DNA of 64,000 nt from Squalus acanthias (taxonomy: Eukaryota), in contig JASTWF010000418.1 of NCBI GenBank assembly GCA_030390025.1, positions 186,001-250,000 on the forward strand, written 5' to 3'. Every line of letters starts with the position of its first letter. The first letter of the stretch is position 1. A program made the position numbers and the translations under genes. The notes below the pieces were generated by a model. The model saw nothing but the letters and a program-made list of their open reading frames with translations, did no database searches and was not told the DNA's origin. This document shows, one piece after another, positions 1 to 12,500 of this stretch.

Positions 1-32
1 ATGTTCTTGCCCACTCAGTCAACCTGTCTAAT

Positions 33-995
33 AGACCCAGAAATTCCGATCGCAGGCCTCCCGCGGGCGGAGGGCTGCCATCTGGAAAAATCTCTCGCCT
101 GGACCGGAGGGCTCCCGGGAGGCGCAGAGTTCGGCTGCTGGGCCTCTCCAAACTGTCGGTGCGCGGGGCCCACGTATCCCAGAGGCACAGGCGGTTCACA
201 GCGTCCCTGGGATCACGTGGGCCATGGGGAGCCAATCAGAGAAGGGAATCTCCCTTCATACATTTGACAGGAAGACCTGTCAAATATATGAATAGAGATC
301 ACCCCCAAAACATAGTAATGTTGAGGCTGCCGCGAAACACGAAGTAAGGCTGAATCCATGTGTGTTAAACAAGAGACTTTTTAATCACTGCATGGCACAA
401 AATGGCTGCACAGAAAAGCTCCCAGAATTCTCTGGGCAAACCCTGAGGCCCCGCCCACTCCTGCCTTAAAGGTAAGGTGCCTTAAAGGGAAGGTGCTGGA
501 TATTTGTCCACGGACGGAAGAGTGGACAATGCCCGTTTAGGTGGCGATCCGCCACAGTAAAACTTCAATAAATTTTTAAAAAATCACATTTTTAAAATGA
601 ATTTAAATTACAATAAATTAAGTATTTTAAACAAAAATTTTATTTTGTGAAAAAAATTATTGAAGTTTTTAACGGGGCTAAAAATAAACTTACCTTTCTT
701 TAAAGTATTTTTAAATGATAAATCAGTGGAAATTTTTTTTTTTTACTTTTTTCAACTCTTAGGCGCAAGAATTGTAAGTGTTTTCTGCGGGCGGAAGGTC
801 TCCAAAAAACGGAACTCTCCCCCCGCAGAGGCCCTGCTCCCGGGCAGGCGGAGGATCTGTCAAGAGCTTTCTAGATAGATGGGAAATGCCGGTTTCCAGC
901 GCATGCGCAGTGCATGACTAAAACCGGCATTTCCGTTAGCCCTACGGGTGAGTACACAGCGCGTACACACCCGTAGGGAACGGAATTTCTGCCCC
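33..995. mobile_element. Non-autonomous TIR element (PIF/Harbinger-like MITE) inserted in a CR1 fragment
   Basis: Imperfect TIRs (gaccCAGAAATTCCG / CGGAATTTCTGcccc), probable AAT TSD; the CR1 RT sequence continues on both sides (1-30 and 996-1240). Confidence 0.6.
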
Positions 996-1240
996 AATAT
1001 CTCTCTGCAGCCTCTTTGTGTCCTCCTCACAGCTTACTTTCCATCCTAACTTTGTATCATCAGCTAACGTGGATACGTTACATTCAGTCCCTTCATCTAA
1101 GTCACTAATATAGATTGTAAATAGCTGAGGCCCCAGCACTGATCCTTGCGGCACCTCACTCGTTACAGCCTGCCAACCTGAAAAAGTCCCGTTTGTTCCT
1201 ACTCTCTGTTTTCTGTCCGTTAACCAATCCTCTATCCATG
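996..1240 (-). mobile_element. Older CR1 LINE RT fragment (continues at 1-30 and about 2440-2483)
   Basis: [25 protein letters not shown] motif; ILHKIRAHGIGG lies beyond the younger insertion. Confidence 0.8.
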
Positions 1241-1245
1241 GTAAT

Positions 1246-2438
1246 ACATAGAAACATAGAAAATAGGTACAGGAGTAGACCATTCGGTCCTTCGAGCCTG
1301 CACCGCCATTCAATGCGTTCATGGCTGAACATGCTACCTCAGTACCCCATTCCTGCTTTCTCGCCATACCCCTTGATCCCCCTAGTTGTGAGTGTTATAT
1401 CTAACTCCCTTTTGAATATATTTAGCGAACTGGCCTCAACAACCTTCTGTGGAAGAGAATTCCATAGATTCACCACTCTCTGGGTGAAGAAGTTCCTCCT
1501 CAGCTCAGTCTTAAATGGCTTCCCCTTAATCCTTAGACTGTGACCCCTGGTTCTAGTTTTCCCTAACATTGGGAACATTCTGCCCGCATCTAATTTGTCT
1601 AAACCAGTCAGGATTTTAAATGTCTCTATAAGATCCCCCCTCATTCTTCTGAACTCCAGAGGATACAAGTTCAGTTGACCCAATCTTTCTTGATATGTCA
1701 GTCCGGCCATCCCAGGAATCAATCTAGTGAACCTTCGCTGCACTCCCTCAATAGCAAGAATGTCCTTCCTTAAGTTAGGAGACCAAAACTGCGCACAATA
1801 CTCCAGGTGTGGCCTCACCAAGGCCCTGTACAACTGCAGCATCACCTCCCTACTCCTGTACTCAAATCCCCTTACTATGAAGGCCATCATTCCGTTTGCT
1901 TTCTTGACTGCCTGCTGCACTTGCATTCCCACCTTCAGTGACTGATGTACCATGACGCCCAGGTCTCGTTGCACCTCCCCTTTCCCTAATCTGCCACCAT
2001 TCAGGTAATAGTCCGCCTCTCTATTTTTACCACCAAAGTGGATAACCTCACATTTATCCACATTGTACTTCATCTGCCATACATTTGCCCATTCACCCAA
2101 CCTGTCCAAGTCACTCTGTAGCCTCCTAGCATCCTCCTCATTGTTCACACTGCCTCCCAATTTAGTGTCATCCGCAAATTTGGAGATATTACATTTAATC
2201 CCTTCGTCCAAATCATTAATATATAATGTAAACAGCTGGGGTCCCAGCACCGAACCCTGCGGTACCCCGCTGGTCACTGCCTGCCATTCTGAAAAGTACC
2301 CATTTACTCCTACTCTTTGTTTCCTGTGTGCCAACCAGTTCTCAATCCACGTCAACACATTACCCCCAATCCCATGTGCTTTAACTTTGCTCACCAATCT
2401 CTTGTGTGGGACCTTGTCGAAGGCCTTCTGAAAGTCCA
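1246..2438 (-). mobile_element. Young 5'-truncated CR1 LINE (RT C-terminal half plus 3' UTR)
   Basis: [25 protein letters not shown], (TTCTATGT)n tail; near-identical to 39365-40557. Confidence 0.95.
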
Positions 2439-2678
2439 GTATAATCCCCCCAATCCCATGAGCCCTAATTTTGTGCAGAATAGATAGGCGGCAGGAGGTT
2501 TTGGTGAGGAGGATTGGGTATAAATAAAAGATCACAGGAACATGGGCAGTAGGAAGCAGTTTAATGGGTTATCAGTTGCAGGAATAGCGCACAGATTGTT
2601 AATGTCGGGAACTGGTCATAGGAGGGAGTTTAATGGGATAATATCTGGGATTGGCACTGGGTTAGGGGTGGGATTGGG

Positions 2679-3490
2679 TGGGTGAGATGGTGGGTGGGTG
2701 AGATGGTGGGTGGGTGAGATGGTGGGTGGGTGAGATGGTGGGTGGGTGAGATGGTGGGTGGGTGAGTTCGATGCCCGGGTGGGTGAGTTCGATGCCGGGT
2801 GGGTGAGTTCGATGCCGGGTGGGTGAGTTCGATGCCGGGTGGGTGAGTTCGATGCCGCGTGGGTGAGTTCGATGCCGGGTGGGTGAGTTCGATGCCGGGT
2901 GGGTGAGTTCGATGCCGGGTGGGTGAGTTCGATGCCCGGGTGGGTGAGTTCGATGCCGGGTGGGTGAGTTCGATGCCGGGTGGGTCAGTTCGATGCCGGG
3001 TGGGTGAGTTCGATGCCGGGTGGGTCAGTTCGATGCCGGGTGGGTCAGTTCGATGCCGGGTGGGTCAGTTCGATGCCGGGTGGGTGAGTTCGATGCCGGG
3101 TGGGTCAGTTCGATGCCGGGTGGGTGAGTTCGATGCCGGGTGGGTGAGTTCGATGCCGGGTGGGTGAGTTCGATGCTGGGTGGGTGAGTTCGATGCCCGG
3201 GTGGGTGAGTTCGATGCCGGGTGGGTGAGTTCGATGCCGGGTGGGTGAGTTCGATGCCGGGTGGGTGAGTTCGATGCCGGGTGGGTGAGTTCGATGCCGG
3301 GTGGGTCAGTTCGATGCCGGGTGGGTGGGTTCGATGCCGGGTGGGTGAGTTCGATGCCGGGTGGGTCAGTTCGATGCCGGGTGGCTGAGTTCGATGCCGG
3401 GTGGGTGAGTTCGATGCCGGGTGGGTGAGTTCGATGCCGGGTGGGTCAGTTCGATGCCGGGTGGGTCAGTTCGATGCCGGGTGGGTGAGT
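2679..3490. repeat. G-rich minisatellite: 16-bp unit (GGGTGAGATGGTGGGT) changing to a 20-bp unit (GGGTGGGTGAGTTCGATGCC)
   Basis: Direct inspection. Confidence 0.95.
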
Positions 3491-3769
3491 TATGTTACAA
3501 GGATAGGTTTAATGATCCGAACAGTCTATTGTTCAAGCAGCTTCCTACTCCATTGATCTCACAGGCAGTAATGAGCAGTGGAGGGTGCTGGATCTGTCGA
3601 GAATGTTCAGGCCATGTGTATCCGGGATTTGCTGAAATCTCATCCTCAATACGTCACGTGACCTGTTCACTGAAATGAAAAGAAATGAGTTTAAAAATGA
3701 GCCGGAGACCTGAACAGGTAAAAGTGTCGCTAAAATCACCAGCGATCTTCCTACTGATTGCAATTCAAG

Positions 3770-4560
3770 CAGTGTGTAGACACACCGTGCGCACACCAGG
3801 CATGTACAGGTGTGTGTAGACACACCGAGCTCACACCAGGCATGTACAGGTGTGTGTTACACACCAACCTCACACCAGGCATGTACAGGTGTGTGTTGCA
3901 CACCAACCTCACACCAGGCATGTACAGGTGTGTGTTGCACACCAACCTCACACCAGGCATGTACAGGTGTGTGTTACACACCAACCTCACACCAGGCATG
4001 TACGTGTGTGTTACACACCGTGCGCACACCAGGCATGTACAGGTGTGTGTTACACACCAACCTCACACCAGGCATGTACAGGTGTGTGTTACACACCAAC
4101 CTCACACCAGGCATGTACAGGTGTGTGTTACACACCAACCTCACACCAGGCATGTACGTGTGTGTTACACTCCGTGCGCACACCAGGCATGTACAGGTGT
4201 GTGTTACACACCAACCTCACACCAGGCATGTACAGGTGTGTGTTACACACCAACCTCACACCAGGCATGTACAGGTGTGTGTTACACACCAACCTCACAC
4301 CAGGCATGTACAGTTGTGTGTAGACACACCAACCTCACACCAGGCACGTACAGGTGTGTGTTACACACCGAGCTCACACCAGGCATGTACAGGTGTGTGT
4401 TACACACCAACCTCACACCAGGCATGTACAGGTGTGTGCTGCACACCAACCTCACACCAGGCATGTACAGGTTTGTGTTACACACCAACCTCACACCAGG
4501 CATGTACAGGTGTGTGTTACACACCGAGCTCGCAACACAACGAGCTCACACCAGGCATGC
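3770..4560. repeat. 39-bp minisatellite AGGTGTGTGTTACACACCAACCTCACACCAGGCATGTAC
   Basis: About 20 units; 13-aa periodic ORFs. Confidence 0.95.
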
Positions 4561-4562
4561 AT

Positions 4563-6500
4563 GCTCCCACAGTGCTGTTCGGGAGGGATTTCCAGGATTT
4601 TGACCCAGCGACGATGATGGATAGGCGATATATTTCCAAGTCAGGATGGTGTGTGACTTGGAGGGGAACTTGGAGGTGGTGGTGTTCCCATGCGCCTGCT
4701 GCCCTTGTCCGTCTAGGTGGTAGAGGTCGTGGGTTTGGGAGGTGCTGCCGAAGAAGCCTTGGCGAGTTGCTGCAGTGCATCTTGTAGATGGTACACACTG
4801 CAGCCACGGTACGCCGGTGGTGGAGGGAGTGAATGTTTAAGGTGGTGGATGGGGTGCCAATCAAGCGAGTTGCTTTGTCCTGGATGGTGTCGAGCTTCTT
4901 GAGTGATGTTGGAGCTGCAACTCATCCAGGCAAGTGGAGATTATTCCATCACACTCCTGACTTGTGCCTTGCAGATGGTGGAAAGGCTTTGGGGAGTCAG
5001 GAGGTGAGACACTCGCCACAGAATGTATATTTGGATTTGCAAAAGGCATTCGATAAGGTGCCACATCAAAGGTTATTACACAAGATTAGGGCTCATGGGG
5101 TTGGGGGTAATATAGTGGTATGGATAGAGGATTGGTTAATGGACAGAAAACAGAGAGTAGGGATAAACGGATCTTTTTCAGGTTGGCAGGCTGTAACTAG
5201 TGGGGTGCCGCAAGGATCAGTGTTGGGGCTTCAGCTATTTACAATCTATATCAATGAGCTAGATGAAGGGATCGCGTTTAATGTATCCAAGTTTGCTGAT
5301 GATACACAGCTAGGTGGGACAGTGAGCTGTGAGGAGAACACAAAGAGTCTGCAAAGGGATATAGATAGACTAAGTGAGTGGGCAGTAAGGTGGCAGATGG
5401 AGTATAATGTAGGGAAATGTGAGGTTATTCACTTTGGTAGGAAGAATAGAAAAACAGAATATTTTTTAAATGGTGAGAAACTTTCAAATGTTGGTGTTCA
5501 GAGGGATTTGGATGTCCTTGTGCAAGAAACACAGAAAGCTAGCATTGCAGGTACAGCAAGCAATAAGGAAGGCAAATGGCATGTTGGCCTTTATTGCAAG
5601 GGGGTTGGAGTACAAGAGTAAGGAAGTCTTGCTACAATTGTACAGGGCCTTGGTGAGACCACACCTGGAGTACTGGGCACTGTTCTGTTCTCCTTATCTA
5701 AGGAAGGATATACTTGCCTTGGAGGCGGTGCAACGAAGGTTCACTAGATTGATTCCTGGGATGAGAGGGCTGTCCTATGATGAGAGATTGTGTAGAATGG
5801 GCCGATACTCTCTGGAGTTTAGAAGAATGAGAGGTGATCTCATTGAAACATACAAGATTCTGAAGGGGATTGACAGGGTAGATGCTGAGAGGTTGTTTCC
5901 CCTGGCTGGAGAGTCTAGAACTAGGGGGCACAGTCTCAGGATAAGGGGTCGGCCATTTAAGACTGAGATGAGGAAGGAATTTCTTCACTCAGAGGGTTGT
6001 GAATCTTTGGAATTCTCTGCCCCAGAGGGCTGTGGATGCTGAGTCTTTGAGTATATTCAAGGCTGAGATAGATAGATTTCTGGACTCTGGGGGAATCGAG
6101 GGATATGGAGATCGGGCGGGAAAGTGGAGTTGAGGTCGATGATCAGCCATGATCTCATTGAATGGCGGAGCAGGCTCGAGGGGCCGTATGGCCGACTCCT
6201 GCTCCTATTTCTTTTGTTCTTATGTTCTTAGAATACCCAGCCTCTGACCTGCTCTTGTAGCCACAGTATTTATGCAGCTGGTCCAGTTAAGTTTCTGGTC
6301 AATGGAGCCCCCTAGGATGTTGATGGTGGGGGATTCGGCGATGGCAATGCTTTTGAATGTCAAGGGGCGGTGGCTAGATTCTCTCTTGTTGGAGATGGCC
6401 ATTGCCTGACACTTGTGAGGCTCATATGTTACTTACCACTGATCAGCCCAGGCCTGGATGTTATTCAGCTCTTGCTACATGTGGGCATGGACTGCACCAA
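4563..6500 (-). mobile_element. LINE (CR1/L2-group) 3' fragment split by a CR1 insertion
   Basis: Same family as 59214-60290 ([15 protein letters not shown]); uninterrupted site CACAGAATACCC at about 59795. Confidence 0.85.
5025..6229 (+). mobile_element. 5'-truncated CR1 LINE with a frameshift, AGAAT TSD
   Basis: RT motifs in ORFs 4833-5621 and 5470-6042, TTCTTATG-type tail, AGAAT at 5020-24 and 6230-34. Confidence 0.93.
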
Positions 6501-6559
6501 CATTAAGAGGAATAGCACCAGGAGTCGGACCAGCAGATGTGGAGCAGGACTCACTCTAC

Positions 6560-9500
6560 TCAACAGTAGTGTCCCCACTGAGCACTGTAGACACCAGCAG
6601 AGGGCACCCCACATCACCCAAACCATTCACAGCAGTGTCCCCATTGAACATTGTAGACACCAGCAGAGGGCACCCGACATCACCCAAACTGTTCACAGCA
6701 GTGTCCCCATTGAACACTGTAGACACCAGCAGAAGGCACCCTACATCACCCAAACTGTTCACAGCAGTGTCCCCACTGAACTCTGTAGACACCAGCAGAG
6801 GGCACCCTACATCACCCAAACTATTCACAAAAGTGTCCCCACGGAACACTGTAGACACCAGCAGAGGGCAACCGACATCACCCAAACCATTCACAGCAGT
6901 GTCCCCAATGAACACTGTAGACACCAGCAGAGGGCACCCTACATCACCCAAACTGTTCACAGCCGTGTCGCCACTGAACACTGTAGACACCAGCAGAGGG
7001 CACCCTACATCACCCAAACTGTTCACAGCAGTGTCCCCACTGAGCACCGTAGACACCAGCAGAGGGCACCCTATTTTACCCAAACTGTTCACAGCAGTGT
7101 CCCCATTGAACACTGTAGACACCAGCAGAGGGCAACCTACATCACCCAAACCATTCACAGCAGTGTCCCCACTGAACACTATAGACACCAGCAGAGGGCG
7201 CCTGACATCACCATGACTATTCACAGCAGTGTCCCCACTGAACACTGTAGACACCAGCAGAGGGTGGCCTACATCACCCTGACTATTCACAGTAGTATCC
7301 CCATTGAACACTGTAGACACCAGCAGAGGGCCCCCTACATCACCCAAACTATTCACAGCAGTGGCCCCATTGAACACTTTAGACACCAGCAGAGGGCACC
7401 CTACATCACCCAAACTATTCACAAAAGTGTCCCCACGGAACACTGTAGACACCAGCAGAAGGCACCCTACATCACCCTGACTATTCACAGCAGTGTCCCC
7501 ATTGAACACTGTAGACACCAGCAGAGGGCACCCTACATCACCCAAACTATTCACAGCAGTGTCCCCATTGAACACTGTAGACACCAGCAGAGGGCACCCT
7601 ACATCACGCAAACTATTCACAAAAGTGTCCCCACGGAACACTGTAGACACCAGCAGAAGGCACCCTACATCACCCTGACTATTCACAGCAGTGTCCCCAT
7701 TGAACACTGTAGACACCAGCAGAGGGCACCCTACATCACCCAAACTATTCACAGCAGTGTCCCCATTGAACACTGTAGACACCAGCAGAGGGCACCCTAC
7801 ATCACGCAAACTATTCACAAAAGTGTCCCCACGGAACACTGTAGACACCAGCAGAGGGCAACCGACATCACCCAAACCATTCACAGCAGTGTCCCCACTG
7901 AACACTGTAGACACCAGCAGAGGGCACCCTACATCACCCAAACTGTTCACAGCCGTGTCGCCACTGAACACTGTAGACACCAGCAGAGGGCACCCTACAT
8001 CACCCAAACTGTTCACAGCCGTGTCGCCACTGAACACTGTAGACACCAGCAGAGGGCACCCTACATCACCCAAACTGTTCACAGCAGTGTCCCCATTGAA
8101 CACTGTACACACCAGCAGAGGGTGCTCTACATCATCCTGACTATTCACAGCAGTGTCCCCACTGAACACTGTAGACACCAGCAGAGGGCACCCTATATCA
8201 CCCAAACTATTCATAAAAGTTTCCCCATGGAACACTGTACACACCAGCAGAGGGCAACCGACATCACCCAAACCATTCACAGCAGTGTCCCCACTGAACA
8301 CTGTAGACACCAGCAGAGGGCACCCTACATCACCCAAAATGTTCACAGCAGTGTCCCCTCTGAACACTGTAGACACCAGCAGAGGGCACCCCACATCACC
8401 CAGACTATTCCCAGCAGTGTCCCCATTGAACACTGTAGACACCAGCAGAGGGCACCCTACATCACCCTGACTATTCACAGCAGTGTCACCACTGAACACT
8501 GTAGACACCAGCAGAGGGCACCCTACATCACCCAAACTATTCACAGTAGCATCCCCACTGAACACTGTAGACACCAGCAGAGGGCACCCCATATGACCCA
8601 AATTGTTCACAGCAGTGTCCCCATTGAACACTGTAGACACCAGCAGAGGGCACCCTACATCACCCTGACTATTCACAGCAGTGTCCCCACTGAACACTGT
8701 AGACACCAGCAGAGGGCACCCCATATGACCCAAATTGTTCACAGCAGTGTCCCCATTGAACACTGTAGACACCAGCAGAGGGCACCCTACGTCACCCTGA
8801 CTATTCACAGCAGTGTCCCCATTGAACACTGTAGACACCAGCAGAGGGCCCCCTACATCACCCAAACCATTCACAGCCTTGACCCCTCTGAACACTGTAG
8901 ACACCAGCAGAGGGCGCCCTACATCACCCAAACTATTCACAGCAGTGTCCCCATTGAACCCTGTAGACACCAGCAGAGGACAACCCACATGAACCAAACT
9001 GTTCACAGCAGTGTCCCCACTGGACACTGTAGACACCAGCAGAGGGCACCCCACATCACCCAAACTGTTCACAGCAGTGTCCCAATTGAACACTGTAGAC
9101 ACCAGCAGAGGGCCCCCTATATCACCCAAACTATTCATAAAAGTTTCCCCATGGAACACTGTAGACACCAGCAGAGGGCAACCGACATCACCCAAACCAT
9201 TCACAGCAGTGTCCCCACTGAACACTGTAGACACCAGCAGAGGGCACCCTACATCACCCAAACTGTTCACAGCCGTGTCGCCACTGAACACTGTAGACAC
9301 CAGCAGAGGGCAACCTACATCACCCAAACTGTTCACAGCAGTGTCCCCACTGAACACTGTAGACACCAGCAGAGGGCACCCTACATCACCCAAACTGTTC
9401 ACAGCAGTGTCCCCATTGAACACTGTAGACACCAGCAGAGGGCGCCCTACATCATCCTGACTATTCACAGCAGTGCCCCGCTGAACACTGTAGACACCAG

Positions 9501-12500
9501 CAGAGGGCACCCCACATCACCCTGACTATTCACAGCAGTGTCCCCATTGAACACTGTAGACACCAGCAGAGGGCACCCTACATCACCCGAAATGTTCACA
9601 GCAGTGTCCCCTCTGAACACTGTAGACACCAGCAGAGGGCCCCCTACATCACCCAAACCATTCACAGCCTTGACCCCTCTGAACACTGTAGACACCAGCA
9701 GAGGACGCCCTACATCACCCAAACTATTCACAGCAGTGGCCCAATTGAACACTTTAGACACCAGCAGAGGGCACCCTACATCACCCAAACTATTCACAAA
9801 AGTGTCCCCAATGAACACTGTAGACACCAGCAGAAGGCACCCTACATCACCCTGACTATTCACAGCAGTGTCCCCATTGAACACTGTAGACACCAGCAGA
9901 GGGCACCCTACATCACCCAAACTATTCACAGCAGTGTCCCCATTGAACACTGTAGACACCAGCAGAGGGCACCCTACATCACCCAAACTATTCACAAAAG
10001 TGTCCCCACGGAACACTGTAGACACCAGCAGAGGGCAACCGACATCACCCAAACCATTCACAGCAGTGTCCCCACTGAACACTGTAGACACCAGCAGAGG
10101 GCACCCTACATCACCCAAACTGTTCACAGCCGTGTCGCCACTGAACACTGCAGACACCAGCAGAGGGCACCCTACATCACCCAAACTGTTCACAGCCGTG
10201 TCGCCACTGAACACTGTAGACACCAGCAGAGGGCACCCTACATCACCCAAACTGTTCACAGCAGTGTCCCCATTGAACACTGTACACACCAGCAGAGGGT
10301 GCTCTACATCATCCTGACTATTCACAGCAGTGTCCCCACTGAACACTGTAGACACCAGCAGAGGGCACCCCACATCACCCTGACTATTCACAGCAGTGTC
10401 CCCACTGAACACTGTAGACACCAGCAGAGGGCCCCCTACATCACCCAAACTATTCACAGCAGTGGCCCCATTGAACACTTTAGACACCAGCAGAGGGCGC
10501 CCTACATCACCCAAACTATTCACAGATGTGTCCCCATTGAACACTGTACACACCAGCAGAGGGCACCCCACATCACCCTGACTATTCACAGCAGTGTCCC
10601 CACTGAACACTGTAGACACCAGCAGAGGGCAACCGACATCACCCAAACTATTCACAGATGTGTCCCCATTGAACACTGTAGACACCAGCAGAGGGCCCCC
10701 TACATCACCCGAAATGTTCACAGCAGTGTCACCTCTGAACACTGTAGACACCAGCAGAGGGCCCCCTACATCACCCAAACCATTCACAGCCTTGACCCCT
10801 CTGAACACTGTAGACACCAGCAGAGGACGCCCTACATCACCCAAACTATTCACAGCAGTGTCCCCATTGAACCCTGTAGACACCAGCAGAGGACAACCCA
10901 CATGAACCAAACTGTTCAAAGCAGTGTTCCCACTGAACACTGTAGACACCAGCAGAGGGCACCCTACATCACCATGACAATTCACAGCAGTGTCCCCACT
11001 GAACACTGTAGACACCAGCAGACGGCAACCTACATCACCCAAACTATTCAGAGCAGTGTCCCCACTGAACACTGTAGACACCAGCAGAGGGCAACCTACA
11101 TCACCCTGACTATTCACAGCAATGTCCCCATTGAACACTGTAGGCACCAGCAGAGGGCAACCGACATCACCGAAACTATTCACAGCAGTGGCCCCATTGA
11201 ACACTGTAGACACCAGCAGAGGACGCCCTACATCACTCAAACTAATCCCAGCAGTGTCCCCATAGAACACTGTAGACACCAGCAGAGGCACTCTACATCA
11301 ACCAAACTATTCACAACAGTGTCCCCACTGAACACTGTAGACACCAGCAGAGGGCACCCTACATCACATAAACTATTCACAGCAGCGTCCCCACTGAACA
11401 CGGTTGGCACCAGCAGAGGGCACCCTACATCACCCAAACTGTTCACAGCAGTATCCCCACTGAACACTGTAGACACCAGCAGAGGGCACCCTACATCACC
11501 CTGACTATTCACAGCAGTGTCCCCACTGAACACTGTAGACACCAGCAGAGGGCACCCTATATCACCCAAACTGTTCACAGCAGTGTCCCCACTGAACACT
11601 GTAGACACCAGCAGAGGGCACCCTATATCACCCAAACTATTCACAGCACCGTCCCCACTGAACACTGTAGACACCAGCAGAGGGCACCCCATATGACCCA
11701 AATTGTTCACAGCAGTGTCCCCATTGAACACTGTAGACACCAGCAGAAGGCACCCTACATCACCCTGAGTATTCACAGCAGTGTCCCCATTGAACACTGT
11801 AGTCACCAGCAGAGGGCACCCTACATCACCCATACTGTTCACAGCAGTGTCCCCACTGAACACTGTAGACACCAGCAGAGGGTACACTACATCACCCTGA
11901 CTATTCACAGCAGTGTCCCCATTGAACACTGTAGTCACCAGCAGAGGGCACCCTCCATCACCCAAACTGTTCACAGCAGTGTCCCCACTGAACACTGTAG
12001 ACACCAGCAGAGGGCACCCTATATCACCCAAACTATTCACAGCAGCGTCCCCACTGAACACTGTAGACACCAGCAGAGGGCACCCCATATGACCCAAATT
12101 GTTCACAGCAGTGTCCCCATTGAACACTGTAGTCACCAGCAGAGGGCACCCTACATCACCCAAACTGTTTACAGCAGTGTCCCCACTGAACACTGTAGAC
12201 ACCAGCAGAAGGTACACTACATCACCCTGACTATTCACAGCAGTGTCCCCACTGAACACTGTAGACACCAGCAGAGGCGCCCTACATCACCCAAACTGTT
12301 CACAGTAGTGTCCCCATTGAACACTGTAGACACCAGCAGAGGGCGCCCTACATCATCCTGACTATTCACAGCAGTGTCCCCACTGAACACTGTAGACACC
12401 AGCAGAGGGCACCCCACATCACCCTGACTATTCACAGCAGTGTCCCCATTGAACACTGTAGACACCAGCAGAGGGCACCCTACATCACCCGAAATGTTCA

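Noticed and set aside
3758-4787. Cys/His/Thr-rich ORFs of 280-325 aa
   Set aside because: Translations of the 39-bp minisatellite in all frames.
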